A DNA stretch of 64,000 nucleotides from Macrostomum lignano (Eukaryota), in NCBI GenBank assembly GCA_002269645.1, contig NIVC01002881.1, positions 62,001 through 126,000 on the forward strand. The letters run 5' to 3'. Shown piece by piece: positions 36,245 to 49,602 of this stretch. The translations under genes and the position numbers were made by a program. Under the pieces are notes generated by a model. That model worked only from the letters and a program-made list of their open reading frames with translations. It made no database searches and was not told the origin of the DNA. Numbering within the stretch: position 1 is the first letter of the stretch; every line of letters begins with the position of its first letter.

Positions 36245-36803
36245 CCAAAACGGCGCCACTCAAAAAACGGCGCCACTCAAAAAACGGCGCCACTCCAAAA
36301 AACGGCGCCACTCCAAAAAACGGCGCCACTCCAAAACGGCTTATCTCAAAAAACGGCGCCACTCCAAAAACGGCGCCATCCCAAATCGGCACCATCCCGA
36401 AACGGCGCCCTAAATAGGGCCACTCCAAAGCGGCGCCACTCCAAAGACGGCGCCACTCCAAAGACGGCGCCACTCCAAAGACGGCGTCACTCCAAAGACG
36501 GCGCCACTCCAAAGACGGCGCCACTCCAAAGACGGCGCCACTCCAAAGACGGCGCCACTCCAAAGGCGGCGCCACTCCAAAAACAGTGCCACTCCAAAAA
36601 CGGTGCCACTCCAAAGACGGCGCCATCCCGAAACGGCGCCCTAAATAGCGCCACTCCAAAACGGCGCCACTCTAAAGACGGCGCCACTCCAAAAACAGCA
36701 CTACTCCAAAAACGGCGCCACTCCGAAACGGCGCCACCCTAAATCGGCGCCACCCCAAAACGGCGTCCTAAACGGCGCCACTCTAAAACGGCGCCACTCA
36801 AAA
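36245..36803. repeat. 16/17-bp CpG-rich repeat AAA(G)ACGGCGCCACTCC
   Basis: Tandem copies. Confidence 0.95.
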
Positions 36804-37369
36804 ACTTAGGTATAGCTACTACTGGCAATCCAAATGCAACAAATAAAGTGGGCTTTGTCTCCAATCGCAATACAAACACAAAAGCAAAAAACTGAGAGAC
36901 TAGTCATGGTCACAAACTGCACAAATTCTAGATAGACTAAGAAAACCGCTCTTTGTTGCACCCTGGGAGAGAGAGAGAGATATGGAAGGCACCCCTCGCT
37001 CCATCGACAAAGAGAGAGAGGGAGAGAAGGGTTCCTCTGTTCCGTCCCGGTCTGCACTTTACCATCTCCTGCCCTCCCTCAAGGCTCTCTGTGGTGACTC
37101 ACAGACAGCCGCTTCCCAAAATAGCGCGAGTTTTCTCCCTTGCCCAAATCCCGCAACCCGAAGCCATGTCTTAATTTGGACTTCCATGCTGGCTGGCCTT
37201 GCTAATATGATATATGACCACCGGTCTCTGCTGGGGATGGAGGACAAAGAGCTGGTGGGAGATAAAAAACTTGGGGGGGGGAGACACTGCATTTTAGACC
37301 TGTATGCATCCATGGGCCCATCTAGCTAAGTATGGAAAATAAATTATATATATATATATTCAAATCAGA

Positions 37370-37800
37370 GATAGACATGTAGATAGAGACATAGATAGAG
37401 ATAGAGATATAGACAGAAAAAGTCATAGCGATAGATATAGAGACAGAGATATTCATAGAGATATAGATAGGATAGAGATATGACAAAGATAGAGAGATAG
37501 AGATAGAGATAGTCTTAGAGATAGAGATAGGATAGAGATAAGATAGAGATAGGATAGAGATAAGATAGAGATAGGATAGAGATAGGATAGAGATAGGATA
37601 GAGATAGGATAAAGATAGAGATAGAGATAAAGACAGAGATAGTCATAGAGATAGAGATAGAGATACAGATAGGATAGAGATAGAGATAAAGGCAGATATA
37701 CTCATAGAGATAGAGATAGGACAGAGATAGTATAGTCATAGAGATAGAGACCGAGAGAGGAGAGAGATAGGATAGAGTTAGAGATAGTCGTAGAGACTGA
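37370..37800. repeat. Degenerate (GATAGA)n
   Basis: Simple repeat. Confidence 0.85.
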
Positions 37801-38339
37801 GACAGGATACAAACTAAACAGCGTCATCATACTGTCGCCAGCACAGCAGGCAGCTGCAAGTCTACCAGTGAAGAGTCACACTCTGACAAGAAGCCTTGCA
37901 CTTGCAGTTTGCCTGCGTTCGTTTGCAGCCATATTATTGTAGCGCAGGCAATGTGAGCCACAGTCTATTTCTGGAACACAACCCCCTATGACGTGTTTTT
38001 AAGCTGCACCCCAATCCCCAGCCCCCCAGTCCTCAGAACGGCCTCGCGCGTCGGCCCGTTTCCGTCCGTACTTAAGCGGCTGTATTTGAAAATGCTACAC
38101 GCGATACAGGCAAGCACTGACAGGCGGTGTTGACGCCATTAGTGGCTGAAATCGATTAGTGCGTCATGGAAAGGCCCGCGACGGTGGTCAGTGAGTCAGG
38201 TAGAGGGGCAGGATGGGGTGGGGGAGAACGTGGCAGCAGCCGAGGTGGGGGGGTGCTCTTGAAGTGCAGTTTAAGGCCATCTTGGGGAAATTAGTCATTC
38301 TAAATCTCATGGCCACGGATTGAGATAGGTTTCTGGATA

Positions 38340-38697
<358 letters not shown>

Positions 38698-39229
38698 AAA
38701 CCTCCATGCTCATTCAGCGGCCGCAACCGACAAGGCAACGCCAGACAAAGACCCATGCGCCATATGCAGATTAGAATCAAGACCCCAAGAGAAGCCACAG
38801 AAGGACGTATTTGATTTTTTACATCAATTGACTCATTTTGCGGTCTCCCCTGCATGTGCGAGATGTGGGATGAGGGCAGGCAGACGCAGTCCAGACTCCA
38901 TAAATAACCAGTCTGTGTCGCCACCACAGCGTGCATGCATTTAATGACTTACGTGTATAAATCCACAGCCATAAAAACCTCCCCTAATTCCTGCCGATCT
39001 CGATTTTTATGTCGATTTGCATTGAATCTGAGTTGGGATTCTGCACGAATTTCAGTTTTTTATGTTGTTGGTTACGGAATTAATGGCCGCGTGAACAGAT
39101 GGTTGGCGGTAATGGATTGGTGCATACAATGGCGAACGCTGTTAGGGCCAAAATTATCTAAACATAATATTCTTTCAGCACAACTCGGATGAAATCGAGA
39201 ATTGCAAGAATTCGGACCCTAGTTTAGAA

Positions 39230-39632
39230 ATCTAGTGAGATCTAGTGTGAGACAGGGTGAGATCTAATGTGAGACAGTGTGAGACAGGTTGAGATCTAAT
39301 GTGAGACAGTGTGAGATAGGTTGAGATCTAATTTGACACAGTGTGAGACAGGGTGAGATCTAGTGTGAGACAGGGTGAGATTTAATGTAAGACAGGGTGA
39401 GATCTAGTGTGAGACAGGGTGAGATCTAGTGTGAGACAGGGTGAGATTTAATGTAAGACAGGGTGAGATCTAGTGTGAGACAGGGTGAGATCTAGTGTGA
39501 GACAGGGTGAGATCTAGTGTGAGACAGGGTGAGTTCCAGTGTGAGACAGGGTGAGATCTAGTGTGAGATCTAGTGTGAGACAGGGTGAGATCTATTGAGA
39601 GAGTGAGAAAAGGTGAAATCTAGTGTGAGACA
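39230..39632. repeat. 22-bp repeat GTGAGATCTAGTGTGAGACAGG
   Basis: Tandem copies; a short copy also lies at about 34990-35056. Confidence 0.9.
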
Positions 39633-40361
39633 TTTAGGTGAGGCCAATATCTCTTGTATTTACTATTCTAAGTAAACAAACTGCCTCAAAACGCAACATT
39701 TTGTTCTCGGCAAGTGCTTACGGCTTAGTCACACATACATGTAATAAATAATAAATACCCGCATGTTATGATCCATTAATGCTTATATATTTGACCTCGG
39801 GGTCAAAACAAAAAAGACAGGCCGCAATGGTTGACCCCCAAAACCTGATTGACTGTCCCAGCAGAAGCGAAGCCTCAATGTTGGCTACCAGTGGAATTCC
39901 TTGTTTAAATATTGTATATGAATTGTGTGTGTGCCGGTTGTATCACCTGCTGCGCTGCGACTCAGTTTAGTAAGGAGGGATGATAGGGGTTGGCTGAGAC
40001 TCAGGACCAGGGGCAGACAAAGACAGTCAGTTGGTTCGCCCCCCCCCCACCTAACACGAACTCAACGTGCTACTCAGAAATGGAGTCCTCTGAGCCAACT
40101 CAAATGGCGGTCTCGGCTTGGATGTAGGAGCAAGCATTCTAGGTCGACCACCGACAAGGGGTTATGTAACTTCGGTTGAACAGTTTAGTGAGGTCGCTCA
40201 ATGGATATTCTGTCACACCACCGTGCAAGCATGTAACTCTCATGTCTCATGGAGTCACTTCTGACACTTCTGCTAGCTTTTTGAGTTCAGTTAAAAATGC
40301 ACGTTGAGTTTAAGCTTGAGGATCTGTTAGTGTAATAATTTCAGTTTTAGAGAGCCTTTTA

Positions 40362-41686
40362 AACCTGATAGAGTGTCATTTTGACTCTGAGAGAGTGCCA
40401 TTTTGAATCTGGGAGAGTGCCATTTTGACTCTGAAAGAGTGCCATTTTAAATCTGAGAGAGTACCATTTTGAATCCGAGAGAGTGCCATTTTGAATCTGA
40501 TAGACTGCCATTTTGAATCTGATAGACTGCCATTTTGAATCCGAGAGAGTGCCATTTTGAATCTGATAGACTGTCATTTTGACTCTGAGAGAGTGCCATT
40601 TTGAATTTGGGAGAGTGCCATTTTGACTCTGAGAGAGTGGCATTTTGAATTTGGGAGAGTGCCATTTTGACTCTGAGAGAGTGCCATTTTGAATTTGGGA
40701 GAGTGCCATTTTGACTCTGAGAGAGTGCCATTTTAAATCTGATAGACTGCCATTTTGAATCCGAGAGAGTGCCATTTTGAATCTGATAGACTGCCATTTT
40801 GAATCTGATAGACTGCCATTTTGAATCCGAGAGAGTGCCATTTTGAATCTGATAGACTGCCATTTTGAATCCGAGAGAGTGCCATTTTGAATCTGATAGA
40901 CTGCCATTTTGAATCTGATAGACTGCCATTTTGAATCCGAGAGACTGCCATTTTGAATCCGAGAGAGTGCCATTTTGAATCCGAGAGAGTGCCATTTTGA
41001 ATCTGATAGACTGTTATTTTGAATTTGAGAGAGTGCCATTTTGAATCTTGGAGAGTGCCATTTTGAATCTGAGAGAGTGCCATTTTGAGTCTGAGAGAGT
41101 GCCATTTTGAATCTGAGAGAGTGCCATTTTGAATCGGAGAGAGTGCCATTTTGAATCTGGGAGAGTGCCATTTTGAATCTGGGAGAGTGCCATTTTGAAT
41201 CCGAGAGAGTGCCATTTTGAATCTGGGAGAGTGCCATTTTGAATCTGGGAGAGTGCCATTTTGAATCTGAGAGAGTGCCATTTTGAATCTGGGAGAGTGC
41301 CATTTTGAATCTGGGAGAGTGCCATTTTGAATCTGGGAGAGTGCCATTTTGAATCTGGGAGAGTGCCATTTTGAATCTGGGAGAGTGCCATTTTGAATCT
41401 GAGAGAGTGCCATTTTGAATCTGAGAGAGTGCCATTTCGACTCTGAGAGAGTGCCATTTTGAATCTGACAGAGTGCCATTTCAAACCTGATAGAGAGTGC
41501 CATATTAAACCTGATAGAGTGCCATATTAAACCTGATAGAGAGTGCTATATTAAACCTGATAGAGAGTGCTATATTAAACCTGATAGAGAGTGCCATTTT
41601 AAACCTGATAGAGAGTGCTATATTAAACCTGATAGAGAGTGCCATTTTAAACCTGATAGAGAGTGCCATTTTAAACCTGATAGAGA
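40362..41686. repeat. 22-bp repeat GAGAGAGTGCCATTTTGAATCT grading into the 24-bp AAACCTGATAGAGAGTGCCATTTT
   Basis: Tandem copies. Confidence 0.95.
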
Positions 41687-42094
41687 TTGGATATCTTAAG
41701 TCTAAACAGACGTAACTAAGCCGGAATGGAGTCAGAGCTCAGAGTCTCAGCACAGCATAGCAACAACAAACAATCCATTGTCCAGCCAGTCAGTCGAAAA
41801 GAGCTTAAATCTGATACTCTAATTAATTAGTATTGCTGCTCACACAATGGCGCGTGGACCCAGAGTTGCGTCACCCAGCTCAGTATGATATAAATCATTT
41901 TTGGTCAACTTGGAATTTCTGGTCTAAAGCTAAATTCGGGTGCACTGCGCATCTTAGCAACAATGTGTCGCTTAGTCTGAGACTTAGCGGCTCAAAATGA
42001 CTCAGAAGATGATTGCGCAATGAATTGATAAAATATTGCCGCTGTATGTCTGCATACCTGTCTGCCAGTCTGACCGCGTGTTCTGACTCTAAAG

Positions 42095-42800
42095 GGAGAT
42101 GGGGGAGAGTCAGAGGAGATGGGGAGAATCAGAGGAGGAGATGGGGAGAGTCAGAGGAGGAGATGGGGAGAGTCAGAGGAGGAGATGGGGAGAGTCAGAG
42201 GAGGAGATGGGGAGAGTCAGAGGAGGAGATGGGGAGAGTCAGAGGAGGAGATGGGGGAGAGTCAGAGGAGATGGGGAGAATCAGAGGAGGAGATGGGGAG
42301 AGTCAGAGGAGGAGATGGGGAGAGTCAGAGGAGGAGATGGGGAGAGTCAGAGGAGGAGATGGGGAGAGTCAGAGGAGGAGATGGGGAGAGTCAGGGGAGG
42401 AGATGGGGAGAGTCATAGGAGGAGATGGGGAGAGTCAGAGGAGGAGATAGGGAGAGTCAGAGGAGGAGATGGGGAGAGTCAGAGGAGGAGATGGGGAGAG
42501 TCAGAGGAGGAGATGGGGAGAGTCAGAGGAGGAGATGGGGAGAGTCAGAGGAGGAGATGGGGAGAGTCAGAGGAGGAGATGGGGAGAGTCAGAGGAGGAG
42601 ATGGGGAGAGTCAGAGGAGGAGATGGGGAGAGTCAGAGGAGGAGATGGGGAGAGTCAGAGGAGGAGATGGGGAGAGTCAGAGGAGGAGATGGGGAGAGTC
42701 AGAGGAGGAGATGGAGAGTCAGTAGGAGATGGGGGAGATTCAGAGGAGGAGATGGGGGAGAGTCAGAGGAGGAGATGGGGGAGAGTCAGAGGAGGAGATG
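42095..42800. repeat. 22-bp repeat GAGGAGGAGATGGGGAGAGTCA
   Basis: Tandem copies. Confidence 0.95.
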
Positions 42801-43534
42801 GAAAGTCTGTCAGTCAGTCAATCTATCTGTCTGTCTTGTATTCCTGTCCAGTCCAGTCCAGTCTCCTGTCTGACTAAGTACAACTTTTAAATGCAAATAT
42901 AGAATAAAAAGGTCTAGAAATGCTACTAAAAGTAGTCTAGAGATTCGTCTTGCTAATGAGTCATTGCTAAGTAATCTGTAGTTGAACTATAGTGAATAAT
43001 GATATTATAGTGCATGACTAAACAATTATTGGTATTAGAGGCAATTTCGAGTTAGCTTTAGTTGGCGTCAGATTGTTGTACATACTAGTAGTACAAATTA
43101 TTTGCCTTTAGGTAGAATATACGAAACAGCATGACTGCTTGGATACGCAATTAAGTTTACAATATTTAATTTATAAGTATGATTTCAATCCGAAGACTTC
43201 GAATAATTTCAAACTGATTCCAAGAAAACCTTTCTAATTTAAAAAAAGATCTTCTCCATATAGAAATTTAGTTACAATAACCAGTTCGATGTTTTGATTG
43301 AAAGAACCATGCAGTTAAAATAGGCCAGAATGCTTCCAAATAGAGTAACTGTTGTTTCGATTCTTGAGTAAACATGCACTTACATGCACTTTTTCCTGCG
43401 AGATAGTGCCGTACGGGGGCAAGGGTTCCACCGGCTTGAAAATCTGAGAACAACCCGCAACCAGAAAACTGCACTCCTCCAGGAATTAAATGACAGAGGT
43501 ATCGAGGGGATAAAATTTGCTTCCTCTTGTACAT

Positions 43535-44200
43535 GAGACAGGGACACCCACCAAGAGACAGGGACACCCACCAAGAGACAGGGACGCCCACCAAGAGACA
43601 GGGACGCCCACCAAAAAAAAGGGACGCCCACCAAAGGACAGGGACGCCCACCAAGAGACAGGGACGCCCACCAAAGGACATGGACACCCACCAAGAGACA
43701 GGGACGCCCACCAAAGGACATGGACACCCACCAAGAGACAGGGACGCCCAACAAGAGACAGGGACGCCCACCAAAGGACATGGACACCCACCAAGAGACA
43801 GGGACGCCCACCAAAGGACATGGACACCCACCAAGAGACAGGGACGCCCAACAAGAGACAGGGACGCCCACCAAGAGACAGGGACGCCCAACAAGAGACA
43901 GGGACACCCACCAAGAGACAGGGACGCCCACCAAGAGACAGGGACACCCACCAAGAGACAGGGACGCCCACCAAAGGACATGGACACCCACCAAGAGACA
44001 GGGACGCCCAACAAGAGACAGGGACACCCACCAAGAGACAGGGACGCCCACCAAGAGACAGGGACACCCACCAAGAGACAGGGACACCCACCAAGAGACA
44101 GGGACGCCCACCAAAGGACATGGACACCCACCAAGAGACAGGGACGCCCAACAAGAGACAGGGACGCCCAACAAGAGACAGGGACACCCACCAAGAGACA
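43535..44200. repeat. 20-bp repeat CCAAGAGACAGGGACGCCCA and variants
   Basis: Tandem copies. Confidence 0.95.
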
Positions 44201-44309
44201 GGAGCATCAAGCTAGAGACACCGTGCAAAATCTCTCCAATTAAAACTGTCACGTGCGCCATTGCTGTGAGCCAGGTAAAGGAGTCCAATTCATGGCAAAT
44301 CAAGCAGCA

Positions 44310-45686
44310 TCAGGGTTCATAGGGCACAATATCCGACGCATTGCGCTGCCTCTCCTCGCGGCAGTTCACCAGCGCAGCCTTCAGACTGGCGAAGCTCGGC
44401 CTATCAGACGGGTCCCACTTCCAGCAGGCCAGCATGATGTCGTACAGAGAGTCGTCGCACTCAATCCCATTCAACTCGTCGTGTGGATTCCTCATGCGAT
44501 AGCCGTGCTGCACCATTTTAAGTATGTGCCTGTTTGTGTACAGTGAGTATGGTATGCCGCCTCTGGTGACGACCTCGTGGGCTAAGACACCGAAAGACCA
44601 AACGTCTGACTTGTTTGTCAGTTTGTATGCGAAAACTTCAGGGGCCGTCCAACGTATTGGAAATTTAGCATCTCTTGTTAGTTCGCACTCGTCCTCTTCT
44701 AAGAAACGGCTCAATCGAAAATTCCCTATCTTTACACTGTTCTCAAATCCCACGAAGATGTTGTAAGCGCGCAGATCAAAGTGAACGAGTCGTTTCTCTT
44801 CAAGATAGACCATGCCCTCAGCAATCTGCTGCAGCATATGGAGCATCGCTTCGTAGGTAACGAGTTTGCCATTCCTACTGTCATTTCGGAGGTACCCTAG
44901 CAGGTTTTGACCATTCGACAGCAGCTCAGTAACGATGAAGGGCCTGGGAGCAGCGGTGCAGACACCGAGAAGCTGAACAATCTTGGAATGGTTCAGCGCT
45001 CGCATCACTTCGGCCTCTTGCACGACTGTCTGCTGCTTGTCGTCGCCTGATTCTTCGGGAAATATCACCAAAACTTGTACCACTGAGTTTCCGAAATTCG
45101 CTTTCCAGAACTGCAAATGAGTTACATGTAAGACACATCAAGTAAATGATTATGCAAATTCTGATTGATTTAAGTCCAAAGGGGAAATTTTGAAACCCAT
45201 GATGGCCATGGTTATTGAAATGGGACGTGGAGAGGCAGAGAGCAAACGGTGATGACTTACTTTGCCGCCAAAGCTTGGACTTATTTTCTCCATCAGTTTT
45301 ACCTGACAAATACTAATCTCATAGTCGCTCCATTGGAGCGGCCGGACGTACTCCCTTGGACAAGGCGCTTTCAACTGGCAGCCGAGTTCAGTAGTAGTAG
45401 TATTCTCATAATGTTCGATCATAGCTTGCAGGCTGTCAAAGAGATCAAGACTAATGTAGAGCCCAAGACTGTCTGCCTGTTTCACCACATGATGCTGGAC
45501 CAAGATTCGACTCTCATCGTTGCTTTTCGATCGAACACTCAAGGTGCACACGCTGTGTTCGTCGGCCAGTTCGCACGGACGAAGCAGGAACGTCCCGATT
45601 GGCAGGCCCGGCATCAGAAGTTTCCGCTCCGCCTCTTTGGCATCAATGTCGAACCATTGATTGCCCATTAGTTGCTCATTTTCCAT
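44310..45686 (-). CDS. Src/Frk-like SH2 plus tyrosine-kinase-domain protein, predicted pseudokinase. Exons 45686-45261 and 45110-44310; about 408 aa
   Basis: SH2: WF...EAERKLL...GTFLLRP...LSVR...SLQAMIEHY...LKAPCPR. Kinase: QEAEVM, VHFDLRAYN, KIGNFRL, KFPIRWTAPE, KSDVWSFGV, CWKWDPSDRPSF. Intron AAA|GTAAGT...GCAG|TTC is 150 nt, phase 0. An upstream exon is possible (acceptor AAACAG 5 nt before the ATG). Confidence 0.92.
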
Positions 45687-46109
45687 TTGAACTGTTTATT
45701 AAACAGCTTTTTACTTTGCTCTAAACGTCTATGCGGCCCTACATGTTAATAAATCTTAAGAATATATCCAGTTCGCAAATTAAATGTACACAAATTCGTA
45801 TGCAAGTCCATTACAATTGAGTGCAGTGTGCTCCAATGTACACCCACCCATCCTGGGTCATTGTGGGTCAAGCACGTTGGTATACACTAATTATTGTCGT
45901 GGTTCATTGTATGCACATTGCGCACACTTTACTGCCGTATTTTGCTGCAGGCCGTTTAATTCGCGGATTTTGCAGAAATGACAGATCCTGCATGATGATG
46001 CATTTATTTACAGCTTAATACTTTGTTTGTTAGTCCTGCTGTTGGCCTACCTTTCTACGTCATTTTAGTAACCATTAAAATACTCCTTACACAAACTATT
46101 AGTTAATAA

Positions 46110-46214
46110 GGCTGTCTGTCTGTCTGTCTGTCTGTGTCTGTCTGTCTGTCTTGGTGTCTGTCTGTCTGTCTGACTGTCAGTGTGTCTGTGTGTCTGTCTG
46201 TCTGTCTGTCTTGG

Positions 46215-46251
<37 letters not shown>

Positions 46252-46318
46252 TGGTGTCTGTCTGTCTGTCTGTCTGACTGTCAGTGTGTCTGTGTGTCTG
46301 TCTGTCTGTCTGTCTTGG

Positions 46319-46355
<37 letters not shown>

Positions 46356-46390
46356 TGGTGTCTGTCTGTCTGTCTGTCTGTCTGTCTTGG

Positions 46391-46435
<45 letters not shown>

Positions 46436-46445
46436 GCCTGCCTGC
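46110..46445. repeat. (TGTC)n microsatellite with TTGGTG interruptions
   Basis: Simple repeat. Confidence 0.95.
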
Positions 46446-47179
46446 TTGTCCACAGGGCCAGCCCTTCATCCACAGAAAGCTGAGATCCATTTAACACCTG
46501 GCACTTCGATAATCAAATACCGAAGCAGTCAAATAGCCACATGCAAATATTGCAGACCCAGGAAAATAAAATCGAGTAAAAAAGCTGTCTTTCCGCAAAT
46601 AATTTATTTCCATTTTTACTCGACAGAGTTGAAGTTTACAACTTATATAAGAGCATGAAAGTATACTTAGGCTTAAAAATATCAGCAAGTCCTTTCAGCA
46701 AAATTATAAGTTCATAATTGGCACTAATTATAATTCAAAAATATTCTATTTGATAACAAAGAAGTTTAAAATCAAGCAGTTATTTTGTAAGTGAAGTAAA
46801 GTAGAGTGTCAAAACAAATCCTATTCCCCCGTATTCTTCGGTCCAAGCTCATTCGTTGTCGAGATCTGAAATTTGAATATTGCAACAAAATTAATTGGAC
46901 ACTACTGACAGTAGACTAGTTAAGATAAAAACCGAGAATTTTAATAATAAACACTGCTTTATGCGTCACTTGGTTGACTGGCTGGTCTAAAAAAATGCAG
47001 AGGACACGGCAAAAATTATTTACATAACCTTGGCTTGGCGCAGTTTAGCGTGCGTTCGGGCGGCTTTAAGGACACGACCGCACTGCTATCAAAATCACCA
47101 CATGGAGCTTTCAGAGGGAAACCAAATGCCTATAAGCTACATGTAGTGTTCTGACAATAGAGGCAGACAGGCAGAGGGG

Positions 47180-47928
47180 TGGGGGAGTCAGAGGTGAACA
47201 GTCAGAGGAGGAGATGGAGAGTCAGAGGAGGAGATGGAGAGTCAGTGGAGGAGATAGAGAGTCAGAGGAGGAGATGGAGAGTCAGTGGAGGAGATGCAGA
47301 GTCAGAGGAGGAGATGGAGAGTCAGTGGAGGAGATAGAGAGTCAGAGGAGGAGATGGAGAGTCAGTGGAGGAGATGCAGAGTCAGAGGAGGAGATGGAGA
47401 GTCAGATAATGAGATGCAGAGCCAGATAATGAGATGCAGAGTCAGATAATGAGATTCAGAGTCAGATAATGAGATGCAGAGTCAGATAATGAGATGCAGA
47501 GTCAGATAATGAGATGCAGAGTCAGATAATGAGATGCAGAGTCAGATAATGAGATGCAGAGTCAGATAATGAGATGCAGAGTCAGATAATGAGATGCAGA
47601 GTCAGATAATGAGATGCAGAGTCAGATAATGAGATTCAGAGTCAGATAATGAGATTCAGAGTCAGATAATGAGATGCAGAGTCAGATAATGAGATGCAGA
47701 GTCAGATAATGAGATGCAGAGTCAGATAATGAGATTCAGAGTCAGATAATGAGATGCAGAGTCAGATAATGAGATGCAGAGTCAGATAATGAGATGCAGA
47801 GTCAGATAATGAGATGCAGAGCCAGATAATGAGATGCAGAGTCAGATAATGAGATGCAGAGTCAGATAATGAGATGCAGAGTCAGATAATGAGATGCAGA
47901 GTCAGATAATGAGATGCAGAGCCAGAGG
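47180..47928. repeat. 20-bp repeat GAGTCAGAGGAGGAGATGGA switching to GAGTCAGATAATGAGATGCA
   Basis: Tandem copies. Confidence 0.95.
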
Positions 47929-48424
47929 AGGATGGACAGTCCAGTTGTGCACATCACAACGGTCAGCCGGCAGACTCAAACCGACACAAGAGGGTGAGGC
48001 AAGAGCAGCGACCCCTGACAGCAGGGACTGAGGAGTCAGAGACTTGCTAATGCTCGCGATGATTACGTAATAACCAGCGAGGGTAGGGAAGGGGTTGGAG
48101 GAGGGAGGGTGCTTTGCGGCCTGGGCAGGCAAGCAGACAGCTGCGAGAGTTTGAGCACACAGGGTGATCTATGGCGGGGGCATTGCAGCTGACACGGCAC
48201 CCATAGGCCAAGGGAACGGACAAAAACTTCATGCGTACTGCGTTAGCCAATTAATTCTCTGCGCGTTTTATAGCTGGGGCTTGACTGCTGAGTCCCTTCT
48301 CATATTCCTAGGAACAGATGGTCCTGTATGCACCAAATTTGATACTGGTTACATAGATTGCATGAATACTATGCTGGACCAGTCTGATAGTAATGCAGTC
48401 AAACAGCCGACTCGAAAGCAAAGA

Positions 48425-49602
48425 GGAGAAATGAGAAATGAGAAAGGAGAGGGAGAGATGAGAAAGGAGAGGGAGAGATGAGAAAGGAGAGGGAGAGATG
48501 AGAAAGGAGAGGGAGACATGAGAAAGGAGAGGGAGAGATGAGAAAGGAGAGGGAGAGATGAGAAAGGAGAGGGAGACATGAGAAAGGAGAGGGAGAGATG
48601 AGAAAGGAGAGGGAGAGATGAGAAAGGAGAGGGAGAGATACGAAAGGAGAGGGAGAGATGAGAAAGGAGAGGGAGAGATGAGAAAGGAGAGGGAGAGATG
48701 AGAAAGGAGAGGGAGAGATGAGAAAGGAGAGGGAGAGATGAGAAAGGAGAGGGAGAGATGAGAAAGGAGAGGGAGAGATGAGAAAGGAGAGGGAGAGATG
48801 AGAAAGGAGAGGGAGAGATGAGAAAGGAGAGGGAGAGATGAGAAAGGAGAGGGAGAGATGAGAAAGGAGAGGGAGACATGAGAAAGGAGAGGGAGAGATG
48901 AGAAAGGAGAGGGAGAGATGAGAAAGGAGAGGGAGACATGAGAAAGGAGAGGGAGAGATGAGAAAGGAGAGGGAGAGATGAGAAAGGAGAGGGAGAGATA
49001 CGAAAGGAGAGGGAGAGATGAGAAAGGAGAGGGAGAGATGAGAAAGGAGAGGGAGAGATGAGAAAGGAGAGGGAGAGATGAGAAAGGAGAGGGAGAGATG
49101 AGAAAGGAGAGGGAGAGATGAGAAAGGAGAGGGAGAGATGAGAAAGGAGAGGGAGAGATGAGAAAGGAGAGGGAGAGATGAGAAAGGAGAGGGAGAGACG
49201 AGAAAGGAGAGGGAGAGATGAGAAAGGAGAGGGAGAGATGAGAAAGGAGAGGGAGAGATGAGAAAGGAGAGGGAGAGACGAGAAAGGAGAGGGAGAGATG
49301 AGAAAGGAGAGGGAGAGATGAGAAAGGAGAGGGAGAGATGAGAAAGGAGAGGAGAGATGAGAAAGGAGAGGGAGAGATGAGAAAGGAGAGGGAGAGATGA
49401 GAAAGGAGAGGGAGAGATGAGAAAGGAGAGGGAGAGATGAGAAAGGAGAGGGAGAGATGAGAAAGGAGAGGGAGAGATGAGAAAGGAGAGGGAGAGATGA
49501 GAAAGGAGAGGGAGAGATGAGAAAGGAGAGGGAGAGATGAGAAAGGAGAGGGAGAGATGAGAAAGGAGAGGGAGAGATGAGAAAAGAGAGGGAGAGATGA
49601 TA
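48425..49602. repeat. 20-bp purine repeat AGAAAGGAGAGGGAGAGATG, about 58 copies
   Basis: Tandem copies. Confidence 0.98.
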
